Of a stretch of 64,000 nt of DNA, positions 18,846 through 28,570 are shown in pieces. The stretch lies in contig CAVYTA010000004.1 of NCBI GenBank assembly GCA_963771355.1, forward strand, positions 1 through 64,000, written 5' to 3'. The position numbers were made by a program, and so were the translations under genes. A model generated the notes under the pieces. It saw only the letters and a program-made list of their open reading frames with translations, was not told the origin of the DNA and searched no databases. Each line of letters begins with the position of its first letter. The stretch's first letter is position 1. Source of the DNA: an uncultured Candidatus Rokubacteria bacterium. Its GTDB lineage: Bacteria; Methylomirabilota; Methylomirabilia; Rokubacteriales; CSP1-6.

Positions 18846-21097
18846 GCGTCCCGATGCCGCGGGTGCTGGGCTATGCGGATCCCCTCAGCGCGGCGCCGGG
18901 GGAGACGATCCGCTTCATGGTCGGCACGCTCGACGGACCCCGCCGTTATCGCGCGGAGGTGGTCCGCGTCGTCTGCGGCGACACGGGGCCCGCTGGCCCC
19001 GGGCTCAAGACCGTCCGGCTTCCCACGCCGATCGAGGGCGAGCACGAGGGCCACCCGCAGCTCATCGACGCCGGCTCCTACGTCATCGTCGAGAGCCCGG
19101 AGGCCTTCGGCGGGCTCACCCGCTTCACCCTCCAGGCCTTCATCCAGCCCACCCGGGTTCCCATCCGGCCCGAGCCGCGCCGGCAGGTCATCATGGGGAC
19201 CTGGGCCGAGGACCGCGAGGGCGGCTTCGCGCTCCTGCTCGACGAGACCGGCGCGCTCGCCCTGCTCGTCGGCAGCGGGCCCGCGGCCGCCGCCCTGGTC
19301 TCGACGCGCGTGCCGCTCACATCACGGCGGTGGTATCACGTGGCGGCCTCGGTGGACCTCGTGGCGGGGACCGTCTCGCTTCGCCAGACGCCGCTTGCCG
19401 ACCACACGCCGAGCCTCGAGCGCCCGGTGGCGGTGACGGCGCCCGTGCGAGTGGACGCGCCGCCGGCGGGCGAGCTCTTTTTCGCCGCCGCCCGCCGTGG
19501 CGTCGAGGGCGGCCGTCTCCAGACCTGCTGGCACTTCAATGGCAAGATCGATCACCCCCGCCTCTCGGGCCGCGCCCTGACCCCGGCCGAGCTCGCGGTC
19601 GCGGCGGCGGAGCGGAGCCCTGGCGTGCCCGACGCGGACGCCATCGCGATCTGGGATCTCGCCGCCGACATGGCGACGGTGCAGGTGAGGGATCGCTCGC
19701 CGCGCCAGCTCCACGGTCGGACGGTGAATGCGCCGAAGCGCGCGGTGACCGGCCACAACTGGGATGGCAGTGAGATGGACTGGCGCCGCGCGCCCGACCA
19801 GTACGGCGCCATCCACTTTCACGACGACGACCTTCACGATGCGGGCTGGACCCCCAGCCTGACGCTGACCGTCCCCGCCGAGGCGCGCAGTGGCGTCTAC
19901 GCGCTCCGGCTCGAGGCGGCGGGAGGCCCGGAGTTCTGGGTGGTGTTCTATGTGCGGCCGCCGCGTCGCGGGCCCCGGGCGCGCGTGGCCTTTCTCGCCT
20001 CCACCGCGACCTACCTCGCGTACTCGAACTACCGCGCGCGGATGCGCCCGGGCCCGGCCGAGCTCTTCATTGGCGCGCTGCCCAGAGTCGACGCCACCGA
20101 CCTCCTGCTCATGCATCACCCGGAGCTGGGCAGCTCGACCTATGACACGCACTCGGACGGCTCGGGCGTCTGCCACGTCTCGCGGCTCCGCCCCATCGTC
20201 AATACCCGGCCGACCGGCTGGCTCTGGAACCTCTTTCTCGACTTCGGCCTGCTCGACTGGCTCGAGGCCGAGGGCCAGCCGTATGACGTCGTCACCGACG
20301 ACGATCTCCACGCCGAGGGCCCGGCCCTCCTCGAGGGCTACGCAGTGGTGCTGACCGGCTGCCACCCCGAGTACTACTCCCGCGAGATGCTGGACGCGCT
20401 GGAAGCCCATCTCGACGGCGGCGGGCGGCTCATGTACATGGGCGGCAACGGCTTCTACTGGCGCGTCTCGTATCCGGCCGCGCAACCCGGCCTGCTCGAG
20501 GTGCGACGAGCCGAGGACGGCACCCGCGCCTGGGTGGAGGCGGTCGGCGAGTACTACCACAGCTCCACCGGCGAGTATGGCGGGATGTGGCGGCGGCAGG
20601 GCCGGGCCCCGAACGCGCTCGCCGGCGTGGGCTTCGTCGCCCAGGGCTTCGACCGCTCGTCGTACTACCGCCGCACCGCCGCCAGCCGTGACCCGCGGGC
20701 GCGGTTCATCTTCGAGGGGATCGAGGACGAGATCCTCGGCGACTTCGGCATCGCCGGGAGCGGCGCCGCCGGGCTCGAGCTCGACGCCTTCAACGCGAGC
20801 CTGGGATCGCCCGCGCATGCCCTCGTGGTGGCCTCTTCCGAGGACCACTCGAACGCCTTCCAGCTCGTCAACGAGGAGATGAACGTGTCCTTTGCCGGCT
20901 CGGACGGGCGCTTCTCTCCCGCGGTGCGCGCGGACATGGTCTTCTTCGAGCATCCCGGGGGCGGGGCCGTCTTCTCCACGGGGTCCATCGCCTACGTGGG
21001 GAGCCTGGCCCACAAGGGCTACGACAACAACATCGCCCGCCTCACGCGGAACGTCCTGCGCCGCTTCCTGGATCCCGCGCCCTTCGCGACGCCGTAA
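18842..21097 (+). CDS. N,N-dimethylformamidase large subunit family protein
   Basis: AIHFHDDD, TYLAYSN, STYDTHSDGSG, HPEYYS, YMGGNGFYW. Confidence 0.88.
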   Translation: MSVPMPRVLGYADPLSAAPGETIRFMVGTLDGPRRYRAEVVRVVCGDTGPAGPGLKTVRLPTPIEGEHEGHPQLIDAGSYVIVESPEAFGGLTRFTLQAFIQPTRVPIRPEPRRQVIMGTWAEDREGGFALLLDETGALALLVGSGPAAAALVSTRVPLTSRRWYHVAASVDLVAGTVSLRQTPLADHTPSLERPVAVTAPVRVDAPPAGELFFAAARRGVEGGRLQTCWHFNGKIDHPRLSGRALTPAELAVAAAERSPGVPDADAIAIWDLAADMATVQVRDRSPRQLHGRTVNAPKRAVTGHNWDGSEMDWRRAPDQYGAIHFHDDDLHDAGWTPSLTLTVPAEARSGVYALRLEAAGGPEFWVVFYVRPPRRGPRARVAFLASTATYLAYSNYRARMRPGPAELFIGALPRVDATDLLLMHHPELGSSTYDTHSDGSGVCHVSRLRPIVNTRPTGWLWNLFLDFGLLDWLEAEGQPYDVVTDDDLHAEGPALLEGYAVVLTGCHPEYYSREMLDALEAHLDGGGRLMYMGGNGFYWRVSYPAAQPGLLEVRRAEDGTRAWVEAVGEYYHSSTGEYGGMWRRQGRAPNALAGVGFVAQGFDRSSYYRRTAASRDPRARFIFEGIEDEILGDFGIAGSGAAGLELDAFNASLGSPAHALVVASSEDHSNAFQLVNEEMNVSFAGSDGRFSPAVRADMVFFEHPGGGAVFSTGSIAYVGSLAHKGYDNNIARLTRNVLRRFLDPAPFATP

Positions 21098-21116
21098 AGC
21101 TCTGCTCCGGGCCGCA

Positions 21117-21145
21117 TTGACCTCACCCCGGCGCTCTGTCAGGAT
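21117..21145 (+). promoter_or_regulatory. putative sigma70 promoter
   Basis: TTGACC-17-CAGGAT with extended TG; near-identical layout at 30220-30248 (-). Confidence 0.4.
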
Positions 21146-21159
21146 CACCGCAGGGCACG

Positions 21160-22083
21160 ATGCGGATCCCCCTCACCATCGTCCTTGTCCTCATTCTGTC
21201 GCTCGCAGCACTGGCGAGCCCGGCGGCGGCGGCGCGGTGGCCGTCCTCCTGAGCGCCAAGGTCAGCGAATACGAGGACGCGCTCAAGGGCTTCGGGAGGC
21301 GACCCCCCATCAGATTGCCGCGGTCTACGACATGGACGGCGATATGGACCGCGGACGGAAGCAGCTCACCGAGATCGAGGAGAAGATCAAGCCCGATCTG
21401 ATCTTCGCCGTGGGGGTCTGGGCGCTCCAGGCCGTTGTCTCGCGGCCGCCGTCGGTTCCCGTCGTGTACGCGATGGTCCTGAACCCGCCCAGCGTGCTCG
21501 GCGCGGATGCGAAGAACGTGACCGGGGCCAGCATGAACGTCCCCGTGGAGCAGCCCATCCGGCTCTTCAAGCAGCTGGGACCGCAGGTCAAGCGCATCGG
21601 CATCATCTTCAATCGGCAACGGACCGGCTATCTGGTTCGTCAGGCGCAGGCGGTGGCCCACGAGGAGGGCCTGGAGCTGATCACGCGGGAGGTCAGCTCC
21701 CCAAGGACGTCGTGGCGGCACTCGAATCGCTGCAGGACGGCATCGACGCGCTCTGGATCGTCCCGGACGAGACCACGCTGTCTCAGGCCGTCGTTCAACA
21801 GATGCTTCTCTTCTCCTACCGGAAGAAGATCCCGCTGCTGGGTCTCTCCGACCGCCACGCCAGATGGGCGCCCTCTTCGCGCTCTCGTTCGCGAGTGGCG
21901 AGGACATCGGCCGTCAGGCGGGTGAGCTCGCTCAAGCCATCCTCAATGGACGGCGCACCGCGGGTGTCCCCTATACGAACGCGCGGAAGGTGTACTTGAC
22001 GGTGAACCTCAAGGCCGCGCAGAAGCTCGGCCTGGAGATCCCGCGCCGCCATCCTGTCGCGCGCTACCAACGTGATCCAGTGA
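21160..22083 (+). CDS. ABC-type substrate-binding protein (several frameshifts)
   Basis: Pieces across frames: KPDLIFAVG, PVVYAMVLNP, VKRIGIIFN, DALWIVPD, LTVNLKAAQKLGLEIP. Confidence 0.75.
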
Positions 22084-22087
22084 CCCC

Positions 22088-24245
22088 ATGAACACTCGTC
22101 TGCGCTTCCGCGGCTTTTCCAGCTTCGGCGCGCGGGTGTTCTGGTCGGTCGTCCCGATCGTGTGTCTGTTCCTCGTCTTTCAGGGCATGGATGAATATCC
22201 GGGAGCATCGGCGCCTCGTCACGGAGGAGTTTGAGAAGCGGGGGCAGGCACTCGCCGCGAATCTCGGCTTCGCCAGCGAGTTGGGGGCCCTCAGCGAGGA
22301 TGCAGAGCTCCTGACGATCGCGATGCGGGGCACGCTCAGGAACCCCGACGTCGCTTACGTGGTCATCCAGTGGCGGGGATGGGCGGGTGCTCGCCAACGG
22401 CGGACGGCAGGCCGCGAGCCGCCGCGCCGCCCGAGGAAACGCGGTGACCGACCGAGCGCTGTCGCGACACGTCGAGAACGCCGGCCAGCGCTTCATCGAA
22501 TTCGTCTCGCCCATCGTCTCCGGAGCAGACGCAGACCCCGGATGAACTCCTGATCGGCGCGCCGGGTCCGCCCGGGAGCAGCGCGGCCAAGGAAAAGGTC
22601 ATCGGAGGCGTCAGGCTGGGTCTTTCGCTGGCCGGCGTCGAGGAGCAGGTACGTGCCCTCGCAAAGCTCTGGGGCGGCATCACCTTGGCGTTCCTCGCGA
22701 TCAGCGCCCTGGCCATCTACGGGTTTTCGCGGCGCATCACGAAGCCGGTCAAGCAGCTGACCGAGCAGGCGCAGAAGATAGCCGCCGGGCATCTGGAGGA
22801 GCAGATCGTGGTGAAGTCGCGCGACGAGATCGGCCAGCTCGCGACGGCCTTCAACAGCATGACCGGATCGCTGCAAGGCACCATGCGCGACAAGGAGCAC
22901 GCCCTGGGCGAGCTACAGGAGCTGAATCAAGACCCTGGAGGATCGCATCCGCCGGCGTACCGTCGAGCTCGAGGAGCGCAGCGTGGCCCTGGAGCGCTCC
23001 CTCGCGGAGGTCCGCGCGATGGGGGACGTGAGCCGGGCGATCGGCTCGTCACTGGATCTCGCGGAAGTCCTGAGCACCATCTCCACGCATGCGCTCCGGC
23101 TGACGGGGACGGATGCCTGCGGCATCTTCGAGCTGGATGCGACGCGTGAGCGCTTGGTGGTGGTGGCCTCGCTGGGCCTGGACCCGAGCGTGCTGGAGAT
23201 GCTCGAGCGGACACCAATCATCGTCGGGGGCGGGTCGAATGCTGGCCCGATCGCGCGGACACTGGGGAGCGGACAGACGGTCCAGGTTCCGGACATCGCC
23301 GGCGCCACTCTTTCGAACCGGGATGGATACCTGCAGGCCGGACTTCGAGCGCTGGTGGCCGTACCGATGGGGAGCGTCAGCGTGTCGCACGTCATGGTGG
23401 TATACGGGCGCGAGCCGGGCCGATTGGACGACCGGACCGTGGAGCTGCTCAGCACGCTCGCCAACCAGTCGCGAGTGGCCATCGACAATGCTCGGCTCTT
23501 CAAGGAGCTCGCGGACAAGAGTCGTCAGCTCGAGGCGGCCAGTCGGCACAAGTCCGACTTTCTGGCCAACGTCAGTCACGAGCTGCGGACGCCCATGAAC
23601 GCCATCCTCGGCTTCAACGAGTTGATCCTCGACGAAGGCTATGGAGAGATCCCCAAGGATCTACGCAGACCGCTCACGGACATTCAGCAGAGCGGCAAGC
23701 ACCTGCTCCGCCTCATCAACGACGTACTGGATCTGTCCAAGATCGAGGCGGGTCACATGCAGCTCGCCCTCGGCGAGTACTCGGTGCGGGATGCGGTGGA
23801 AGCTGGCGAAACGCGCTCGGAAGCTCTCGCGATAGAGAAGGGCCTGGACTTCGTGACCGCAGTTCCACCGGGGATTCCGCTGGCCTACGCGGACAGCAAG
23901 CGCATCATCCAATGCCTCACGAATCTCGTCGGCAATGCGCTCAAGTTCACCAAGCGGGGGCGAGTCGAGATCGCCGTCGAGCAGCTCGATGACACGCTTC
24001 GCTTCCGAGTGTCGGACACCGGAATCGGCATTGCTCCCGAGCATATCGCGGGGCTCTTTGCGGAGTTCCAGCAGGCGGACTCGACGATCGCCCGTGAGTT
24101 CGGAGGCACCGGGCTCGGGCTCAGCATCACCAAGCGATTCGTCGAGATGCACGGGGGCCGGGTGTGGGTGGAGAGCGAGGTCGGCATCGGATCCACCTTC
24201 TATTTCTCGATCCCATTGCGCCTAGAGGCGGGGAGAGCCGCATGA
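22088..24245 (+). CDS. sensor histidine kinase (TM-HAMP-GAF-HisKA-HATPase), frameshifted
   Basis: DEIGQLATAFN, VSHELRTPMN, VSDTGIGI, GTGLGLSI. Confidence 0.88.
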
Positions 24246-24631
24246 CAGCCAAGACCATCCTGTACGTCGAAGACAATGAAGTGAACCGACGCCTCGTTCA
24301 GGATCTTCTGAAGCCCACCTCCTACCGGCTGATCGAGGCCCCCGACGGCGAGACCGGCATGGCCCTCGCGCGCCAGGAGCGCCCCGATCTGATCCTGATG
24401 GACGTCCAGCTTCCGAAGGTCTCTGGCATCGAGGCCACGCGCACCCTTCGTGGTGACCCGGCCACGGCCCAGACGCCGATCATCGCGATCACCTCCTTCG
24501 CCCTGGGTGGCGACGAGGAGAAGGCCATGGCGGCCGGGGCCACCGCCTACATGGCAAAGCCGTACAGCCCGCGCGACCTGCTCAAGCTGATCCGTCGCCT
24601 CCTGCCCGAGGACCCAGGCGCGAGCGGATGA
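24242..24631 (+). CDS. single-domain response regulator (DivK-like)
   Basis: YVEDN, PDLILMDVQLP, AKP. Confidence 0.92.
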   Translation: MTAKTILYVEDNEVNRRLVQDLLKPTSYRLIEAPDGETGMALARQERPDLILMDVQLPKVSGIEATRTLRGDPATAQTPIIAITSFALGGDEEKAMAAGATAYMAKPYSPRDLLKLIRRLLPEDPGASG

Positions 24632-25044
24632 AGGTCATCGCGGGGGCGCTGATCATCGTCGCCGCGCTGGCATTCGGCTCCGGCTGTGCGCGGACCGACT
24701 GGATCGAGCGGACGCTGGTCACCGTGGACGTGACCGGGACCTGGTATGGGAGCGTTGGAGGGGGCGGAGGACCTGGGGGCGTCAGTGTCTGGTTCGAGCT
24801 GGAGCAACAGGGATCAACGGTCAAGGGGTCTATGCAAAGTGACATAGCGAGTTATGGAGTCCGGACGCAGCAGATCGACGGCACCGTGGCTGGCGACGTG
24901 TTCCGCTTCAAACAGAGGAACGGCAATGTGGTAGGTGAGGTGACGGTCAGTGGGGACGAGATGACCGGTCAAGGGTCGTTCGCGGGTAGTTCTCGCTCAC
25001 TCTCTCTTCGACGAGTCGATCCATCCTCTCGGCCGCCTCGGTGA
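24628..25044 (+). CDS. variable beta-barrel lipoprotein, copy 1
   Basis: Lipobox GSGC; DVTGTW. Confidence 0.8.
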   Translation: MKVIAGALIIVAALAFGSGCARTDWIERTLVTVDVTGTWYGSVGGGGGPGGVSVWFELEQQGSTVKGSMQSDIASYGVRTQQIDGTVAGDVFRFKQRNGNVVGEVTVSGDEMTGQGSFAGSSRSLSLRRVDPSSRPPR

Positions 25045-25070
25045 CTGATCCAGTGGGAGGGCGTGGGCGG

Positions 25071-25501
25071 GTGAAGACTATCGCAGGGGTGCTGATGCTC
25101 GCCGTGTTGATCTGCGACTCCGGCTGTGCGCGGACCGACTGGATCGAGCGGACGCTGGTCACCGTGGACGTGACCGGGACCTGGAATGGGAGCGTGGGGG
25201 GGCAGGCGGGGGAGCAAACGTGGTTGGCACTCTCTGGATCGAACTGGAGCAACAGGCATCAACGGTCAAGGGGTCCATTCGACTGAATCTACAAGGTTCT
25301 GCAAGCAGGGGCTATGGAACCATGCCGCGACTGATCGACGGCACGGTGGCCGGTGATGTATTCCGCTTCAAAGATAGGGACGGCAGTGTGGAAGGGGAGC
25401 TGACCGTCAATGGAGACGAGATGACTGGTCAAGTGTGGATCTCGGGTCCTCGCCCGGTCTCTCTTCGACGAGTCGATCCATCCTCTCGCCCGCGTGGATG
25501 A
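25071..25501 (+). CDS. variable beta-barrel lipoprotein, copy 2 (frameshift near G7 at 25196-25202)
   Basis: Paralog; adding one G restores the frame. Confidence 0.75.
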
Positions 25502-25560
25502 CGACTCCGCTACCGATCTGGAGGTCATATGAGCGTGAAGCCAATCCAGGGCGCGGGTGC

Positions 25561-26002
25561 ATGAAGGCCACGGCGGGGGTGCTGATCGTCGCCGCGCTGG
25601 TCTTCGGCTCCGGCTGTGCGCGATCCGACTGGATCGAGCGGACGCTGGTCACCGTGGACGTGACCGGGACCTGGAGTGGCAGGGTGGGGGGAGGCGGCGG
25701 AGCAATTGGTGGGCCAGGGGGACTCTCTGGTTCGAGCTGGAGCACAGGGGTCGACGGTCAAGGGGAGTCTGCAATACCTGGGCGCCGCAGGCCCTGGATT
25801 GCGCTCTGGGTTGGAACCGATCGACGGCACCGTGGCTGGCGATGTGTTCCGCTTCCGAATGCGATCCGGGAGTAGTGTGGAAGGTGAGCTGACGGTCAGT
25901 GGAGACGAGATGACCGGTCAAGCGTGGTTCGCTGGTAGTCTCCGCGCAATCTATCTAGGACGAGTCGATCCATCCTCTCGCCCGGGCGCGCCGCCTCGAT
26001 GA
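25561..26002 (+). CDS. variable beta-barrel lipoprotein, copy 3 (two 1-nt deletions, about 25717-25745)
   Basis: Paralog. Confidence 0.75.
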
Positions 26003-26061
26003 CCACTTCACCGTCGTCACCCTCGCGGGGAGGGTCATATGCCAAACGAAGGTCCTGCCGG

Positions 26062-26484
26062 ATGAAGGCCCTCGCGAGGGTGCTGATTATCGCGGCCCTG
26101 GTCTTCGGCTCCGGCTGTGCGCGATCCGACTGGATCGAGCGGACATTGGTCACTGTGGATGTGACGGGCACCTGGAGCGCGAGTGTGGGAGGAGCCGGGG
26201 GAGCAAACGTGGGTGGCAGTCTCTGGTTCGAGCTAGAGCAACAGGGATCAACGGTCAAGGGGAATATGCAATACGTGGGCCCCAGAGGCTTTGGATTGCC
26301 CGCTACGGCGCGGCCCATCGAAGGCGCCGTGACCGGCGACGTGTTCCGATTCAGACAGCCGGACGGCACTGTGGAAGGTGAGCTGACGGTCAGTGGGGAC
26401 GAGATGACTGGTCAAGTGTGGATTGGGAGTCTCCGGCCAATCTCGCTTCAACGTGTCGATCCATCCGCACGCCCCCCTAGGTGA
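26062..26484 (+). CDS. variable beta-barrel lipoprotein, copy 4
   Basis: Intact paralog. Confidence 0.8.
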   Translation: MKALARVLIIAALVFGSGCARSDWIERTLVTVDVTGTWSASVGGAGGANVGGSLWFELEQQGSTVKGNMQYVGPRGFGLPATARPIEGAVTGDVFRFRQPDGTVEGELTVSGDEMTGQVWIGSLRPISLQRVDPSARPPR

Positions 26485-26617
26485 TGATTTCCAGCGCCCC
26501 CGCCTGAGAGTTAGGGAATGTCGGTATGTCCTGCAAATCACCCGGGTAAAGCGGAATCGCGCCAATCATCAGGAGGACAGTCGCGAACGGCGGTACCATC
26601 ATCTCCGAGGTGGCCCC

Positions 26618-26974
26618 GTGGCTGAGCCGATCGAAGAGGTACCGACCAAGACATTCGAGCCCGGAGATGTGATTTTCCGGGAAGGCGATGAGTCGCAGAG
26701 CGAAGCCTATCTGGTCCATGAGGGTACGGTCGAGGCGCGGCGCCGGGTCGACGGAGAAGAGCGGGTCCTGAACACCCTCGTCAAGGGCGACTTGCTGGGT
26801 GAGGTGGCCTTGTTCCGCGATGCGCCCCACTCGGTCACCGCTATCGCCGTGGAGCATGTGACCCTCCTCGTGATCCCGGCTCAGCGACTCGAGAGCATGG
26901 TCCGCGCAAATCCGGAACTCGCCATCGGGCTTATTCGTCAACTCGCCCGCATGGCAGCCCATAAGAACGACTAG
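26618..26974 (+). CDS. stand-alone cyclic nucleotide-binding domain protein
   Basis: IFREGD...GDLLGEVALFRDAPHSVTA. Confidence 0.85.
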   Translation: MAEPIEEVPTKTFEPGDVIFREGDESQSEAYLVHEGTVEARRRVDGEERVLNTLVKGDLLGEVALFRDAPHSVTAIAVEHVTLLVIPAQRLESMVRANPELAIGLIRQLARMAAHKND

Positions 26975-27039
26975 AGAACGACCAACGCTACCCTTGAGGC
27001 CCGCAGCCGGCTACGGCTGGTGTATCGTAAGTGCCTGAC

Positions 27040-27116
27040 GCGCCTGTAGCTCAGCTGGATAGAGCATCGGCCTTCTAAGCCGGGGGTCGGGGGTTCGATT
27101 CCCTCCAGGCGCGCCA
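27040..27116 (+). tRNA. tRNA-Arg(TCT)
   Basis: GCGCCTG stem, loop CTTCTAA, GGTTCGATTCC, CCA. Confidence 0.97.
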
Positions 27117-27167
27117 ACTTACCTCGCACCATTTCCCCGGAACGTGACGAGAACGTGACCACGGCCA

Positions 27168-27845
27168 TCAACTCCGCGCCGCCAGCTTGCGCGCGGCCTC
27201 TTTTAGATCGGCGGCGCTGACGATGTGGTAGCGGTCGAAGACGGAGCGCGTCCGGTGGCCCGTGACGGTCATGGCGACCCGCTCAGGCACCCCCGAGGCA
27301 ACGAGGTTCCGCACGGCCGTCCGCCGGAAGTCGTGCCGGATGGCGCCCGGCACGCCAGCGCGCCGGCAGGCCGTCCTCCAGGCCTTCCTGAAGTCGCGGA
27401 TGGGGTTGCCTACGAGGCCCGGCGCCTAGCTGGTCTGGTGAACGAACAGCTCGGGGATGATCTTCCCGAGCCGGTGCTGCAGGGCTCTACACGCGCCACC
27501 TGGGCCGCCAGCATGGCCTTCAGCTCGGGGGTTGGGTACACGGAGCCGGCCGTCGTCGTTCTTCGTGGTGCCGGGGTTCAGGCGCAGCGTCCCGGCCTCC
27601 AGGTCGAGCTGCGCGAGCGTCAAGGACAGAACCTCGGACTACGTCCTCCAGCCGTACGTATGGGCGATGGTGACGGCCGGCCTGAGATCCTCCGGCAGGT
27701 GCCGGCGGATTGCCTCGTACTGATGATCCTCGAAGAAGCCTGACCGCGGGGCGGCCTCCTTCGGCTTGAGATCCCGGAAGTCGGGGAGCCGAGTCAGCTT
27801 GCCGTTGCGGACCGCCAGCCGGAGCATTCGGCCCAGGACGTCCAA
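27168..27845 (-). pseudogene. tyrosine recombinase/integrase, truncated and frameshifted
   Basis: [32 protein letters not shown] in different frames. Confidence 0.88.
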
Positions 27846-27976
27846 GTAGAGCGGGGCGCGGACGCTGGCGAGGGCGAGTAGCCGCACGAGCGTGTCATCA
27901 GATACGTTGATCCGAAAGATGTGCGTGATCGGATTCGGTGGCTCCGGCTTCGGCTCCGCTGCAAGGTTGACCAGCA

Positions 27977-28164
27977 CTAGATACGCCGCCCCTTCAAGAT
28001 GTGCGCGACGTGGAGTCCGACCCGGCCGATCACGGCCAGCGCCATCAGGCCTGCCCCGATAAGGATCTGCTTGAAGATCACAGAATCTCCAGAGGGGAGG
28101 GAGCCGCGGGCGCCAGCGCGAGCAGCGCGGCCGCGAAGCGCGAGAAGTGGGCACGGAGCAGCAT
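27977..28164 (-). CDS. small membrane protein (probable frameshift near 28095)
   Basis: AAGGAGG RBS; MLLRAHFSRF.../VIFKQILIGAGLMALAVIG; sigma54 motif upstream. Confidence 0.4.
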
Positions 28165-28207
28165 GTGCTCCTCCTTCAGAGATGACGGCATCGTGACCAC
28201 CTGGAAT

Positions 28208-28223
28208 TGCAAGGCCGCTGCCA
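28208..28223 (-). promoter_or_regulatory. sigma54 promoter
   Basis: TGGCAGCGGCCTTGCA = GG-N10-GC. Confidence 0.55.
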
Positions 28224-28376
28224 GCGAGTTTCGCGTCAAGTACGCGAAAGTATTGAGTGCAATTCTTTCGGCAGGGGCGTGGTTCCCGTGGCCTGAGAGG
28301 GGGGCTTCGAAATTGAGGGAGCGCTCGGCCGGCGCGCGGGGCGGGGATGAGCAAAAAGAGAAGAGATGTAGCTAGC

Positions 28377-28490
28377 TGTGACGAAGCAAGAGGTTGTTCA
28401 CCCAGGCCGACCTGGGACAGGACTCCTGGATGAACATCCACAAGAATGCCCGACTCACGCACTACCGTCGAGAGGAGCTGGTCGCTCAGA
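28377..28490 (+). mobile_element. IS481-family left-end remnant
   Basis: TGT...GAGGTTGTTCAC end, then MNIHKNARLTHYRREELV from 28430. Confidence 0.75.
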
Positions 28491-28570
28491 TACATGGGGC
28501 GGGAGGGCTGGGTACGTCGCGGCGGATGGAGTTCTTAGTCGCCGCGCTCCTCTACGTGGCCCTATGAGAG

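Noticed and set aside
24628..26484. CRISPR array, DGR or integron cassette array as explanation for the repeats
   Set aside because: Repeats are coding frameworks with several different constant blocks; no cas, reverse transcriptase, adenine-specific variation, intI or attC palindromes were seen
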